Translations under genes and position numbers: made by a program
In this document: positions 11,495 to 22,505 of the stretch, one piece after another
Position numbering within the stretch: the first letter of the stretch is position 1
Layout: each line of letters opens with the position of its first letter
Notes under the pieces: generated by a model
Database searches by the model: none
What the model saw: the letters and a program-made list of their open reading frames with translations, nothing else
What the model was told of the DNA's origin: nothing
Virus record (IMG/VR): IMGVR_UViG_3300008259_000056
Direction: 5' to 3' (one strand)
Origin: an uncultured virus (IMG/VR IMGVR_UViG_3300008259_000056)
Lineage: Duplodnaviria > Heunggongvirae > Uroviricota > Caudoviricetes
DNA: 64,000 bases

Positions 11495-12001
11495 ATGGAT
11501 ATTTGTGATTATCTAAACGGAAATATTATTGGGACTGGTACTACTGAGTCTGATTGTACTACTTGGGGGGATATATATTTATATGCTAATAATTCAAAAA
11601 ACGCATTCATCCAAGCATTAAAACAATTTATAAACGCTGCAACACCATGTACTTCAGGTGAAACTTGTGGTGAGGTATACCAAGAAAAAATATACCAAGA
11701 TTTTTGGGAGGGATGTTTCATTGATTACCATAAAAAATTCCAAGTGTTTTTTAACATGATGCAATGTTCACCACAAACAGGGGTTCAAAATGAAAGTATT
11801 AATTTACCAACAAGTGGAGGTACTATGGTTTCTTATAATTACACTGTGGATTATGGGGATGGTAGTTTTGATTTAACGATAGCCGAAGAATATCAAACAA
11901 TGGAGGCGGAATTTATGTGTTGTATTAAAAACATAATGGTATTAATAATGGGTGAAACTTTTGAAGGTACATCATACGTCAATTTTAATTACATCACTTA
12001 A
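11495..12001 (+). CDS. Cys-rich acidic hypothetical protein
   Basis: 168 aa ORF directly after the SprB-repeat gene. Confidence 0.5.
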   Translation: MDICDYLNGNIIGTGTTESDCTTWGDIYLYANNSKNAFIQALKQFINAATPCTSGETCGEVYQEKIYQDFWEGCFIDYHKKFQVFFNMMQCSPQTGVQNESINLPTSGGTMVSYNYTVDYGDGSFDLTIAEEYQTMEAEFMCCIKNIMVLIMGETFEGTSYVNFNYIT

Positions 12002-12044
12002 AATAAATTGTTGATAAGAAAAACTTCTGAATTATATTTCCTAT

Positions 12045-13028
12045 ATGGTTAATAATTTAAAATTTGTTTCAGCACAACCTGATGTTCCATATTTTCATTG
12101 GCAAATAAAAGTCTACGTACATAATTTTATTGAAAAGGGTATAAATCCAAATAACATTCACGTTCTTTTAGCGATGGTTCACGGAAAAAAAGAACCTAGT
12201 GAAGAATCATTACGTTTAAAAGATATGGGTATAAATGTTCATCATTATGTTGATGAGAGAGAAAAAAAACATTATATCCCTAACATTAAACCGTTTTTAA
12301 TTTATAAATGGCTAGAAGAATATCCTGAATATGGTAAATCTTTTTTTCTGCATGATGCTGACATTATTTTTAGAGAGTTACCCGACTTTGATAAATTAAT
12401 GGGAGATGATGTAATTTATCTTTCCGATACTGTAGGTTATATTGGGTACAATTATATTATGGATTGTTGTGAACGGTATGAGAAACAACACCCAAATTCC
12501 GAAAAAGGTCAGTTAATTCAAGAAATGGTTGATATTGTTGGGATTGACGTTGAATGTGTTAAATGTAATCAACTTAATTCAGGTGGAGGACAATATATAA
12601 TAAAAAACACTGATTCAGAAATTTGGAAAAAAATATATGACGATTGTGTTCCATTATATGACCAAATGTTAAATTATCAAAAGAGATTCCCTATAAGTCC
12701 TGGTGAGATTCAGTTTTGGACCGCTGAGATGTGGTCAGTATTATGGAACTTATGGTATTTTGGTAAAGAAACTAACATTACCAATGATTTAGATTTTTCT
12801 TGGGCGACTGATACTGTTAATTTATATGAAAAAAAACCAATACTTCATATGGCTGGAGTGACTCAAGATTTAAGAAATACAAAATTCTATAAAGGGGATT
12901 ATATTAATCAGGACCCACTTCAAAAACTTGAAGAAAATCCTAACTATTTTAATTATATAGATAAACATAGCTCAACCATTAAATATATTGAAGTTATGAA
13001 GTCATTAATTAATAAAAAAACCAAATAA
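12045..13028 (+). CDS. GT-A fold glycosyltransferase, HPAT/peptidyl-serine galactosyltransferase-like (GT95/GT96-like)
   Basis: Motifs YFHWQ, YIPNIKP..YKWL, DxD (HDADIIFR), GGGQY, WTAEMW, in the same order as plant SERGT1/HPAT motifs. Confidence 0.7.
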   Translation: MVNNLKFVSAQPDVPYFHWQIKVYVHNFIEKGINPNNIHVLLAMVHGKKEPSEESLRLKDMGINVHHYVDEREKKHYIPNIKPFLIYKWLEEYPEYGKSFFLHDADIIFRELPDFDKLMGDDVIYLSDTVGYIGYNYIMDCCERYEKQHPNSEKGQLIQEMVDIVGIDVECVKCNQLNSGGGQYIIKNTDSEIWKKIYDDCVPLYDQMLNYQKRFPISPGEIQFWTAEMWSVLWNLWYFGKETNITNDLDFSWATDTVNLYEKKPILHMAGVTQDLRNTKFYKGDYINQDPLQKLEENPNYFNYIDKHSSTIKYIEVMKSLINKKTK

Positions 13029-13055
13029 CACATTATTTATATAAAAAAAACTGTA

Positions 13056-13913
13056 ATGTCAGAAAACGTTAATGAATGTTCACCTATAACCATTTTCCCT
13101 ATGGGTGTGGTATGTGTTGTGACTAATCCTAGTAAACCTAGAGCATCTAACGGTACCGCAACTTTAATTATAACAGGAGGGACACCACCATATAATATTG
13201 TGTGGGAAAATGGGAATAATACAGTTTCAATAGATAATCTGTCGGAAGGGTCTTATTCGGCAACAATAACTGATTATTATGGTGATTTTATTATTAATAC
13301 AACTTGTGTTCTAACAACTCAGGGGACAACTACTACCACAACAACATCAACAACAACATCTCAACCAACTTATGATTTTTGTATGGTTATTTCATATTAC
13401 GATTATGTTGGTAAACAAGTTACTGAAGTTAACTTGCTAATTCACTTTAACCCTAATGGATTATATGACGGATACCCAACTTGGATTTCAGATGATATGT
13501 TATATTCTATAATATGGGATACAGTTGACAACAGATGGGAATTGGTTGACACATTAACTAATTTAGTTGTTATAAATAATAACCCAGCATACCCACCATT
13601 AAGTGGTTGGAACATATTAGGTGTTGATGGAAGTGTAACTGTTTACGAAGGTGAATGTCAAAATAATGATAATTTAACCATAAGTGCAAGTGTTAATTAT
13701 AAAGGTTGTGATTACAGTTGTTTAAATTCTATCACAATTACTGGTGGCGGAGGGGTACCACCTTATCAATACTCCATAGATGGGGGGGTTACTTGGGTGA
13801 GTAGCCCAATATTCCAAGGAATATGTAATGGGTTATATTCACCACAAATAAAGGATTCATTGGGTACTATCGTCGCTAGCAATAATATAACAGTTATAGG
13901 AATACCTTGCTAA
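13056..13913 (+). CDS. SprB-repeat protein with poly-Thr linker
   Basis: TGGTPPYNIVW and GGGVPPYQYSIDGG repeats; TTTTTTTSTTTS tract; TATTTAT upstream. Confidence 0.65.
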   Translation: MSENVNECSPITIFPMGVVCVVTNPSKPRASNGTATLIITGGTPPYNIVWENGNNTVSIDNLSEGSYSATITDYYGDFIINTTCVLTTQGTTTTTTTSTTTSQPTYDFCMVISYYDYVGKQVTEVNLLIHFNPNGLYDGYPTWISDDMLYSIIWDTVDNRWELVDTLTNLVVINNNPAYPPLSGWNILGVDGSVTVYEGECQNNDNLTISASVNYKGCDYSCLNSITITGGGGVPPYQYSIDGGVTWVSSPIFQGICNGLYSPQIKDSLGTIVASNNITVIGIPC

Positions 13914-13943
13914 TTTTTAAAATAAGATATTTATAAATAAAAT

Positions 13944-16379
13944 ATGAGTTATATAATAAAAAATACATCAGCGTTAATTAATAGTAGGTTAACTGATACG
14001 GGAAGACAAAGGTTATCCGAAGGTAATTTTAATATTTCATATTTCCAAATTGGGGATAGTGAGGTGTCATATGATGTATTACCAAGTTCGTATAACCAAT
14101 ATAATACGATGATATTGGAACCAGCATTTAATGCTCAAAATTCAAGTGGAGTTCCTCAATCAAACAAACAAAATGTTAAATATCCTTACTACGTTGATGG
14201 TTTTACGGGTAATACTTATGGGATTCCTTATATGGATTCAGTAGTAAGTCCTGTATATAATAGGGCGGAGCCTAGAGGTTTTTTTACGGGAATTACGGTT
14301 AATGATTTTACATCTTGGAGTGCTTATACTGATAATAGTCATACTATTAACTCTAATTATATAGTTGATATGACTACATTAAATGGGTCAAATATCATTG
14401 AAATTATTTATTCTGGTTGTAACCTAAATATAGGTAGATTACCTCAAGTTGGTGATTTTATTACAATATATTATGATGGTATGGCTAAACAAGATTGTGG
14501 GTGTGGCACTGAAACTACCACAACAACCACAACCACCACTATACCACCAACCACAACGACAACGACAACAATACCTTGTGAAACAACTACTACTACAACA
14601 ACAGTGTTCCCAACACCGACCCCTGTAGAAGTACCTAATTGTGCGATGTCAATGTATAGCTGTTATCCAATATTAACATATAGGATTATTGATGTATGTC
14701 ATAACCAAATCACATTAGATAGACCTACACCTGACTTTACTTATTTGTTGGGGAATTGTTATTCCCGAACTTTAATATACCCACCAGCAATGGTACCTTT
14801 TTATGATAGTGAAACTCCCTTACAACATTTTGGAATTGATGTGATTGATTTTGAATCAGTTTGTAATACTGACCAATTAGATGTTAAGATATGGAATATG
14901 AATATTCCTTGGTCAGAAACTTTAGCTGGTATTAATAATTCGGTATATAAAGGATTTAGTGACTTTGGTTCGGTTGATTATATTGGAACTAAAGAATATT
15001 TGGGGTATCAATCAAGTTCAGGTCAGACCGATACTGATTCGGTATATTTTTATAATTCATTTGATGAAAAGGTTGTGGTAACACCTGAAGAACAAAAGGC
15101 TATTGCTATTATTCATTACACTAATCAAACTATTGATTTTGTTTATGGTGAAAAATTCGCATTAGAACCATTAGACCCGAATGTACCTGAAGATACTTTA
15201 GGACAAGCAAGAAATTTTAAAATGTGTTTACCTTGGTTAATGTGGCATAAAAACCCTGATTGTTGTCAAGGGCAATGTTTTTATGTGGACCCTCCAGGAT
15301 TTGAGGAGTTTGATTTATTTCAAGTAGAATATATTGAGTCTAAGAAAAACATTGATATGAATTTACCTGGTATTCGTTACTATCATCTTTGGGATACTAA
15401 CCCTAATAGTAACGGATTACCTAATAGAATTGGGAAAGTATTTCCTGACCACAAAATTGTGGTTATAGACGATGAGGAGATTATAGCTGCAATGTCGTAT
15501 AAATCAAATAGAAACTGGACATTACCAGCACCTAAAACATCTTTAGTTACACCTAATACTTGTGGAAGTGAAAGTCAATCAACCCAAGGAGTTTTAACGG
15601 GTAATACTGAATATATGTATGTTACTTATAGATTAAGTAATGATATGTCATTTACCAATTCATTACATTGCAATTATTACATTAAACAACAGGGTCCTAA
15701 TCTAAATTGTAATGATATTTCATCACAAAATGTTGCGGTGAGATTCGGAGGTGAATTTGGGTGTTTAAATTACCAACCGTACAATCCATCTACAACAACT
15801 ACCACAACAAGTGTCTATACAACAACTACAACAACCATTTGTCCGACGAATTGTGATATTACAACAGGATATTTAGGAACCAAATTTGAAATAATTTGTC
15901 AAAAAGTAACTGGTGATGGAAGACCTGACCCTACGGATTGGAAAATTATTGATTTCACCGATTTATTATCTGCAACCACAATTAATGGTCACATTACTCA
16001 AGATGGATTGACAGGTACAACATTTGTGATTACTGATGATTTATATAACAATGCCCCCACTTATGATTTAAGTGATTATCTTGATTTAACAACACTTGGT
16101 GATACTGGTACCCAACTTAATTTTGGTGATGAGTTTTATTTTTATGGAACACTTGAAACGGATATTCAAGCAACTATATATGAGATGAGGTACAAAATTA
16201 ATTTAAGTCAAGCCGAATTCCAAGCAAGTTCAAACCCTGGATGGGTCAATGGTACAACATCTTACATAACTGAAGTTGGACTTTATAATTCTAAAAAAGA
16301 GCTTATGATTATATCAAAATTGCAATCACCAACACCAAGACAAGGGATTCAGCAATTTGTTATAAAATTTGATTTTTAA
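13944..16379 (+). CDS. Tail/baseplate protein (tail-collar/DUF3751-like ends) with Thr-rich, Cys-rich inserts
   Basis: N-term LTDTGRQRL..ISYFQIGD and C-term ITEVGLYN..ELMIISKL..P typical of tail-fibre/baseplate attachment domains; two poly-Thr tracts. Confidence 0.55.
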   Translation: MSYIIKNTSALINSRLTDTGRQRLSEGNFNISYFQIGDSEVSYDVLPSSYNQYNTMILEPAFNAQNSSGVPQSNKQNVKYPYYVDGFTGNTYGIPYMDSVVSPVYNRAEPRGFFTGITVNDFTSWSAYTDNSHTINSNYIVDMTTLNGSNIIEIIYSGCNLNIGRLPQVGDFITIYYDGMAKQDCGCGTETTTTTTTTTIPPTTTTTTTIPCETTTTTTTVFPTPTPVEVPNCAMSMYSCYPILTYRIIDVCHNQITLDRPTPDFTYLLGNCYSRTLIYPPAMVPFYDSETPLQHFGIDVIDFESVCNTDQLDVKIWNMNIPWSETLAGINNSVYKGFSDFGSVDYIGTKEYLGYQSSSGQTDTDSVYFYNSFDEKVVVTPEEQKAIAIIHYTNQTIDFVYGEKFALEPLDPNVPEDTLGQARNFKMCLPWLMWHKNPDCCQGQCFYVDPPGFEEFDLFQVEYIESKKNIDMNLPGIRYYHLWDTNPNSNGLPNRIGKVFPDHKIVVIDDEEIIAAMSYKSNRNWTLPAPKTSLVTPNTCGSESQSTQGVLTGNTEYMYVTYRLSNDMSFTNSLHCNYYIKQQGPNLNCNDISSQNVAVRFGGEFGCLNYQPYNPSTTTTTTSVYTTTTTTICPTNCDITTGYLGTKFEIICQKVTGDGRPDPTDWKIIDFTDLLSATTINGHITQDGLTGTTFVITDDLYNNAPTYDLSDYLDLTTLGDTGTQLNFGDEFYFYGTLETDIQATIYEMRYKINLSQAEFQASSNPGWVNGTTSYITEVGLYNSKKELMIISKLQSPTPRQGIQQFVIKFDF

Positions 16380-16383
16380 AATT

Positions 16384-16992
16384 ATGAGTAAAACCTTAAA
16401 AGAAAGCCCAAAAGTTTTGGGTTTAGATATCTCAACTCGTACCATAGGGTGGGCGTTATTTGATATAAAAAATCAAGAATTATTAGAATTGACTCACATA
16501 TCGCCAAGACCAAAATCAAAAGATAATGGTGAGAATAGTAAAATAAAAGAACTATTATTAAAGGCCGAGATATTTAGAACCAAATTACTTGAATATAAAA
16601 ATTTAGGTATCGTTAAAGTCATTATAGAAGAACCATTATTGAATTCAAACAATATTAATACGGTCCAAACCCTATTAAGATTTAATAGTTTTCTTTGTAA
16701 AGAAATATATGATATGTTAGGGATTGTACCTGAGTTTATTTCTACGTATAATTCAAGAAAGTTTGCATTTCCTGAACTAGTCCAACAAAATGATAAAGGG
16801 AAATATGTTTTATTTGGTGGTTTACCAAAAGATATTGATAAGAAAATGATTATATGGGAAAAAGTTGCAAAACTTGAACCACAAATTCAATGGTTGTATA
16901 CTAAGAACAATACCCTTAAAAAAGAAAATTTTGACCAAACAGATGCCTATTGTTGTGTCCTTGGTTATATGAAACAACTTGAAGTTTGGTAA
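16384..16992 (+). CDS. RuvC-like Holliday junction resolvase
   Basis: VLGLDIS..IGWA, IIEEP, DQTDAY RNase H-fold acidic residues. Confidence 0.75.
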   Translation: MSKTLKESPKVLGLDISTRTIGWALFDIKNQELLELTHISPRPKSKDNGENSKIKELLLKAEIFRTKLLEYKNLGIVKVIIEEPLLNSNNINTVQTLLRFNSFLCKEIYDMLGIVPEFISTYNSRKFAFPELVQQNDKGKYVLFGGLPKDIDKKMIIWEKVAKLEPQIQWLYTKNNTLKKENFDQTDAYCCVLGYMKQLEVW

Positions 16993-17232
16993 TTATACAC
17001 TTTCAGTAAACCATTCTGGACCTGATAAAATAGTAATCATTTCTGAGTTATTATACGGACCTTCCATATAACTTAAATCAATAAGAAATGTAGGGTCAGT
17101 TTCCGATTGCCATCTTATAAAAGTTTTAGTACCGTCAATACTAAATCCCAATTCAGAAATACTTCTTTCTAAAATTTGATTAAAATCAACTTTGCTAAGT
17201 TCTGATGTTAAAATAATTAAATACTTTCTCAT
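16993..17232 (-). CDS. Small hypothetical protein, last gene of minus-strand adhesin operon
   Basis: 79 aa; start overlaps stop of the 1741 aa gene. Confidence 0.6.
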   Translation of the reverse strand: MRKYLIILTSELSKVDFNQILERSISELGFSIDGTKTFIRWQSETDPTFLIDLSYMEGPYNNSEMITILSGPEWFTESV

Positions 17233-20200
17233 AAACCAAATCTATCTTTTTCTGAATTAAAATTATTGGTGACCTCAGTAGAGCTTAATTCTCTGTTATA
17301 TATTCTAATAATAGCGATATAACCTTGGAAATATTCTTGAGGCGAACCTGCTTGGAACCTACCAACCCGTAAACTAGAAACGTTTGTAACTGTCCCAAAA
17401 GGGTCCCCATTACTACCAACTGAAGTACCGTTAAGATATAAATTACCACCACTTGGGCCGTGTGTTGCAACAACGTGAGCCCATGTATTTGCGGTTAATA
17501 CTGTTGGTGATGATGTATAATTAATTGCCGAACCATCAGCAATAAAATTAATATTTCCCGATGTATTAATTCTCAATCTATAACCGTTATTACTATCTTT
17601 TGAAATTATATTAGGGCTATTAGTAAACCCTGTTGGTCTAATAAACGCCTCAACAGTACAACCCGTTGATAATTGTATTGATGCGTTATTACCATCTAAC
17701 CCATCATCACCAGCACCATCAAAAAGTAAACTACCATAAACTTGAGGTATATTTGGAAAATACGTAACACCCGAACTTAAGACGGTATCGTTATTATTTG
17801 TTGTTAAATCAAGTAAATTGGTACTCCCTGAATAAGAATTTTCATTACCCGCATCATACCATAAAACTAATCCTGACTGAGTTAGATTACAACTTGGACA
17901 ACACCCCACGGCTGTTACAGACCCAGCACCTGAACGGGATGGGGTAGTACTGGAACATACATATACAGGACTCTGAAAATTATTTATAATAATTGGTGAT
18001 GTTGCGGCCTCATCACAACAAGGGGTAAATGTAAATGTTGTATTCGCAGGAAATGAGTTTGACACCAATTCATACTGAAGACAACTACAAGTTGGTGTTG
18101 GTGTTGGTGTTCTTGTTGGAGTAACGGTTCTTGTAGGTGTATTTGTTGGTGTTCTTGTTGGAGTAAGAGTTCTTGTTGGTGTATTAGTAGGTGTTCTTGT
18201 TGGAGTAACGGTTCTTGTAGGTGTATTGGATGGTGTTCTTGTTGGAGTAACGGTTCTTGTAGGTGTGTTGGTAGGTGTGTTGGTAGGTGTATTTGTTGGT
18301 GTTACAGTATTAGTTGGGGTATTAGTTGAAGTTCTTGTAGGTGTATTTGTTGGTGTTCTTGTTGGAGTAACGGTTCTTGTAGGTGTATTTGTTGAGGTAT
18401 TGGTTGGTGTAACGGTTCTTGTAGGTGTATTTGTTGGTGTATTTGTTGAGGTATTGGTTGGTGTGTTAGTAGGTGTCCTTGTAGGTGTTACAGTATTAGT
18501 TGGGGTATTAGTTGAAGTTCTTGTAGGTGTGTTGGTTGGAGTATTTGTTGGAGTAACGGTTCTTGTAGGTGTATTTGTTGAGGTATTGGTTGGTGTAACG
18601 GTTCTTGTAGGTGTATTTGTTGAGGTATTGGTTGGTGTGTTAGTAGGTGTCCTTGTAGGTGTTACAGTATTAGTAGGTGTCCTTGTAGGTGTTGCAGTAT
18701 TAGTAGGTGTTTGAGTGTTACTTGGTGTTGGTGTAGGAGTTACATCATCAGTACAGATTATTAAAGTTGCGCTTGATAACGTACCAGCATCTACTACCGC
18801 AAAATCTTGGATATATAATGACCAAGTACCATTTGAATTTGGTGGTTGTATTCCGTCAAATACAGTAAACTCAGGTGAGTTACCAGGAGCCACCAAAGGA
18901 GGTACTGGACAAGGGGCACTAAACGTCATTGAGTTTTGTATTGTAGAGTTATTACCAAATGTACCTGAACTAAATCCATTCCAATCAGGCGTTGAGAAAG
19001 ACGTTAATGTAACTGTTACATTAGTTGCGGTTGTAACACCACCTATTCTACCCGCAATTAATGAATAAGTTGAATTATCAGGTGCAACTAAAACCATCCC
19101 AACGTCCCCAACCGCATTGTGAGAATAACCACTAAGTACAAATTTAACATCTGTAATTGGTGTAACTAAACCTGATACTGTAAAAGTTATAGGGTATACT
19201 GATGCGGTTGTATTATCGTTAATTATAATATTTGTCTGATTTGAAGGGAATGAAAAACAGAATTGTGAAGGGGTTTCAGTTAATGTAGGTGTGTTTGTAG
19301 GTGTTGATGTTCTTGTAGGTGTATTTGTAGGTGTTGATGTCCTTGTAGGTGTGTTTGTTGATGTCCTTGTAGGTGTTGATGTCCTTGTAGGTGTGTTTGT
19401 TATAGTGTTAGTAGGTGTTTGGGTAGGTGTTTGGGTAGGAGTTGGTGTATTAGTTGGTGTTCTTGTTGGCGTCACCGTATTGGTCGGGGTGTTAGTTGAG
19501 GTTCTTGTCGGAGTGTTAGTTGGTGTAGATGTTCTTGTAGGTGTATTAGTCGGAGTATTTGTATTAGTCGGAGTATTAGTCGGAGTATTAGTTGGTGTTG
19601 GTGTTGGAGTTGGTGTTGGACATATACCTCCAGAACAAAATCCACCTATAGTGAATTCTAATTTAGGACTACTAACAATAGGATTACTACCACAAACTCT
19701 AAATGAATCATTACCTGGATTTGTAACACCTGTAACGGTAACATTTGAACAATCAACATAACTATATGTGATAAAACCCTCTATTGTTGTATCTAAAAAG
19801 TCAATACAATTACATGGGTATTGAGTTGGTGTTGGTGTTACAGTATTAGTTGAAGTGTTAGTTGGTGTCTGAGTATTTGTTTGAGTTGGTGTCTGAGTAC
19901 TTGTTTGAGTTGGTGTTACAGTATTTGTAGGGGTATTAGTTGGTGTATTCGTTGCGGTTCTTGTAGGGGTATTAGTTGGTGTGGATGTTCTTGTAGGGGT
20001 ATTCGTTGAGGTATTCGTAGGAGTGTTAGTAGGAGTGTTAGTAGGAGTGTTAGTAGGAGTAACGGTATTTGTTGGTGTATTCGTTGCGGTATTTGTTGGT
20101 GTATTTGTTGAGGTGTTAGTAGGTGTAACAGTATTTGTTATCGTGTTTGTTGGCGTATTAGTTGGTGTATTTGTCGGTGTTATAGTGTTAGTAGGAGTAT

Positions 20201-22454
20201 TAGTTGAGGTATTCGTTGGAGTATTAGTAGGTGTAACAGTTCTTGTTGGTGTGTTAGTCGGAGTTTGAGTTGAAGTAATAGTTGGAGTTACGGTATTTGT
20301 AGGAGTGTTTGTTGGTGTCTGAGTTAATGTGTTCGTTGGTGTTAAAGTATTAGTCGGTGTATTGGTTGGAGTTTGTGTTATTGTACCTGTAGGTGTAATT
20401 GTGTTTGTAGGTGTGTTCGTAGGGGTTTGAGTAATAGTGTTGGTTGGTGTTAAAGTATTTGTAGGTGTATTTGTAGGGGTGATAGTAGATGTTACAGTAT
20501 TTGTAGGTGTATTGGTTGGTGTTTGAGTTGATGTATTAGTAGGTGTTATAGTGTTAGTAGGTGTAACAGTTCTTGTTGGAGTATTAGTAGGTGTGTTAGT
20601 CGGAGTTTGAGTGGAAGTATTAGTTGGCGTTACAGTATTCGTTGGAGTATTTGTAGGTGTGTTGGTCGGAGTTTGGGTTGAAGTGTTTGTTGGGGTTACA
20701 GTATTAGTTGGAGTATTCGTTGGTGTGTTAGTTGCAGTTCTTGTTGGTGTAACGGTATTCGTTGGAGTATTTGTTGATGTGTTCGTAGGTGTTTGAGTTG
20801 ATGTGTTTGTTGGGGTAATAGTATTTGTCGGCGTATTAGTTGGTGTATTTGTTGATGTGTTTGTAGGTGTATTTGTTGGAGTACCTGTGTTAGTGGACGT
20901 ATTAGTCGGAGTTTGTGTTGAAGTTATTGTCGGTGTAACAGTATTTGTAGGTGTATTTGTTGGAGTTTGAGTTGAAGTATTAGTTGGTGTGACAGTATTC
21001 GTAGGTGTATTAGTTGGTGTTTGAGTGGGGGTCTCAGTATTAGTTGGGGTTATCGTGTTAGTTGGCGTTTGAGTAGGTGTTTCAGTATTAGTTGGGGTTA
21101 TGGTATTAGTTGGCGTTTGAGTAGGTGTCTCTGTGTTTGTTGGTGTGATTGTGTTTGTCGGTGTGACTGTGTTAGTTGGTGTTTGAGTAGGTGTTTCAGT
21201 GTTAGTTGGAGTAATAGTGTTAGTTGGGGTAATAGTGTTAGTTGGTGTTATTGTGTTCGTAGGGGTGTTCGTGGGAGTTTCAGTGTTAGTTGGTGTTATT
21301 GTGTTCGTAGGGGTGTTCGTAGGGGTCTCAGTATTGGTTGGTGTTATTGTGTTCGTAGGGGTGTTCGTAGGGGTCTCAGTATTGGTTGGTGTTATTGTGT
21401 TAGTCGGCGTTTGAGTAGGGGTCTCAGTATTGGTTGGGGTTATCGTGTTAGTTGGGGTAGGTGTAGGAGTTTCAGTGTTAGTTGGTGTTATTGTATTTGT
21501 TGGGGTGTTCGTAGGGGTCTCAGTATTGGTTGGTGTTAATGTGTTCGTTGGAGTGTTCGTTGGAGTTTCAGTATTAGTTGGGGTAATGGTATTAGTTGGG
21601 GTATTAGTAGGTGTTTCAGTCGGAGTTGGGGTAATGGTATTAGTTGGCGTTTGAGTAGGTGTTTCAGTATTAGTTGGAGTTATTGTATTAGTTGGTGTAA
21701 TTGTGTTAGTCGGTGTTTGAGTAGGAGTCTCAGTATTAGTAGGTGTTAATGTATTCGTAGGTGTGTTCGTAGGGGTCTCAGTATTGGTTGGTGTTATTGT
21801 GTTAGTCGGTGTTTGAGTAGGAGTTTCAGTAGGTGTATTCGTCGGAGTTTCAGTAGGTGTGTTCGTTGGTGTTTCAGTAGGTGTATTTGTTGCAGTTTTT
21901 GTTGGTGTGTTCGTCGGAGTTTCAGTTGGTGTGTTAGTTGGTGTTTCAGTTGGAGTGTTAGTTGGCGTCTCAGTTGGAGTGTTAGTAGGGGTCTCAGTTG
22001 GTGTATTTGTTGCAGTTTTTGTTGGGGTGTTAGTAGGTGTTTCAGTTGGGGTGTTAGTAGGTGTTTCAGTTGGGGTGTTAGTAGGTGTTTCAGTTGGGGT
22101 GTTAGTAGGTGTTTCAGTTGGGTTAGTTGGAGTTTCAGTTGGGGTGTTAGTTGGTGTTGGAGTTGAAGTTGGAGTCGGTGTTGGAGTCGGTGTTGGAGTT
22201 GGGGTTGGGGTTGGGGTCGTAATTAGTGATATACAATAAACAATTTCAAATCGTTCACAACCATCATTTGTTATAATTTTAATACCAACTGCAGGTGCGC
22301 TATCAAATTGACTGGGTAATAAAAATGTTGTACTTGGAGGTACTAAAGTATTAATTGTTGCAATTAGAACACATTGATTACCAAATACGTCACAAACGTA
22401 AATCTGATATGGGTTTGGTAAACCTGATATGTTACTTATTTCAATTGAAGTCAT
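17229..22454 (-). CDS. Mucin-like Thr/Pro-repeat adhesin with P-domain and C-terminal LamG/ConA-like domain
   Basis: Three (x-T-x-T) tracts; [20 protein letters not shown] (proprotein-convertase P-like); [34 protein letters not shown] (LamG). Confidence 0.8.
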   Translation of the reverse strand: MTSIEISNISGLPNPYQIYVCDVFGNQCVLIATINTLVPPSTTFLLPSQFDSAPAVGIKIITNDGCERFEIVYCISLITTPTPTPTPTPTPTPTPTSTPTPTNTPTETPTNPTETPTNTPTETPTNTPTETPTNTPTETPTNTPTKTATNTPTETPTNTPTETPTNTPTETPTNTPTETPTNTPTKTATNTPTETPTNTPTETPTNTPTETPTQTPTNTITPTNTETPTNTPTNTLTPTNTETPTQTPTNTITPTNTITPTNTETPTQTPTNTITPTPTETPTNTPTNTITPTNTETPTNTPTNTLTPTNTETPTNTPTNTITPTNTETPTPTPTNTITPTNTETPTQTPTNTITPTNTETPTNTPTNTITPTNTETPTNTPTNTITPTNTETPTNTPTNTITPTNTITPTNTITPTNTETPTQTPTNTVTPTNTITPTNTETPTQTPTNTITPTNTETPTQTPTNTITPTNTETPTQTPTNTPTNTVTPTNTSTQTPTNTPTNTVTPTITSTQTPTNTSTNTGTPTNTPTNTSTNTPTNTPTNTITPTNTSTQTPTNTSTNTPTNTVTPTRTATNTPTNTPTNTVTPTNTSTQTPTNTPTNTPTNTVTPTNTSTQTPTNTPTNTPTRTVTPTNTITPTNTSTQTPTNTPTNTVTSTITPTNTPTNTLTPTNTITQTPTNTPTNTITPTGTITQTPTNTPTNTLTPTNTLTQTPTNTPTNTVTPTITSTQTPTNTPTRTVTPTNTPTNTSTNTPTNTITPTNTPTNTPTNTITNTVTPTNTSTNTPTNTATNTPTNTVTPTNTPTNTPTNTPTNTSTNTPTRTSTPTNTPTRTATNTPTNTPTNTVTPTQTSTQTPTQTNTQTPTNTSTNTVTPTPTQYPCNCIDFLDTTIEGFITYSYVDCSNVTVTGVTNPGNDSFRVCGSNPIVSSPKLEFTIGGFCSGGICPTPTPTPTPTNTPTNTPTNTNTPTNTPTRTSTPTNTPTRTSTNTPTNTVTPTRTPTNTPTPTQTPTQTPTNTITNTPTRTSTPTRTSTNTPTRTSTPTNTPTRTSTPTNTPTLTETPSQFCFSFPSNQTNIIINDNTTASVYPITFTVSGLVTPITDVKFVLSGYSHNAVGDVGMVLVAPDNSTYSLIAGRIGGVTTATNVTVTLTSFSTPDWNGFSSGTFGNNSTIQNSMTFSAPCPVPPLVAPGNSPEFTVFDGIQPPNSNGTWSLYIQDFAVVDAGTLSSATLIICTDDVTPTPTPSNTQTPTNTATPTRTPTNTVTPTRTPTNTPTNTSTNTPTRTVTPTNTSTNTPTRTVTPTNTPTNTPTRTSTNTPTNTVTPTRTPTNTPTNTSTNTPTNTPTRTVTPTNTSTNTPTRTVTPTRTPTNTPTRTSTNTPTNTVTPTNTPTNTPTNTPTRTVTPTRTPSNTPTRTVTPTRTPTNTPTRTLTPTRTPTNTPTRTVTPTRTPTPTPTCSCLQYELVSNSFPANTTFTFTPCCDEAATSPIIINNFQSPVYVCSSTTPSRSGAGSVTAVGCCPSCNLTQSGLVLWYDAGNENSYSGSTNLLDLTTNNNDTVLSSGVTYFPNIPQVYGSLLFDGAGDDGLDGNNASIQLSTGCTVEAFIRPTGFTNSPNIISKDSNNGYRLRINTSGNINFIADGSAINYTSSPTVLTANTWAHVVATHGPSGGNLYLNGTSVGSNGDPFGTVTNVSSLRVGRFQAGSPQEYFQGYIAIIRIYNRELSSTEVTNNFNSEKDRFGL
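18090..22220 (-). repeat. Degenerate coding tandem repeats (12-nt/4-aa unit, [12 protein letters not shown]) in three blocks: ~18090-18740, ~19270-19620, ~19825-22220
   Basis: Strongly G/T-skewed periodic sequence on + strand; third codon positions vary. Confidence 0.9.
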
Positions 22455-22505
22455 TATATTACATAAATATTTAATTCACTTTTTTATATCTGAATAAAAC
22501 TAAGT

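Noticed and set aside
16384..16992. RuvC-fold protein as TnpB/IscB/Cas12-like RNA-guided nuclease
   Set aside because: Only ~200 aa, no zinc finger or HNH insert, no adjacent non-coding space; fits a plain resolvase
18090..22220. Repeat array as a possible CRISPR or ncRNA array
   Set aside because: Period is a multiple of 3 with wobble variation, no unique spacers, and it lies wholly within one ORF
18226..22239. Plus-strand Val/Gly-rich and Ser/Trp/Cys-rich ORFs
   Set aside because: Antisense shadows of the Thr/Pro repeat gene; repeatedly broken by stops
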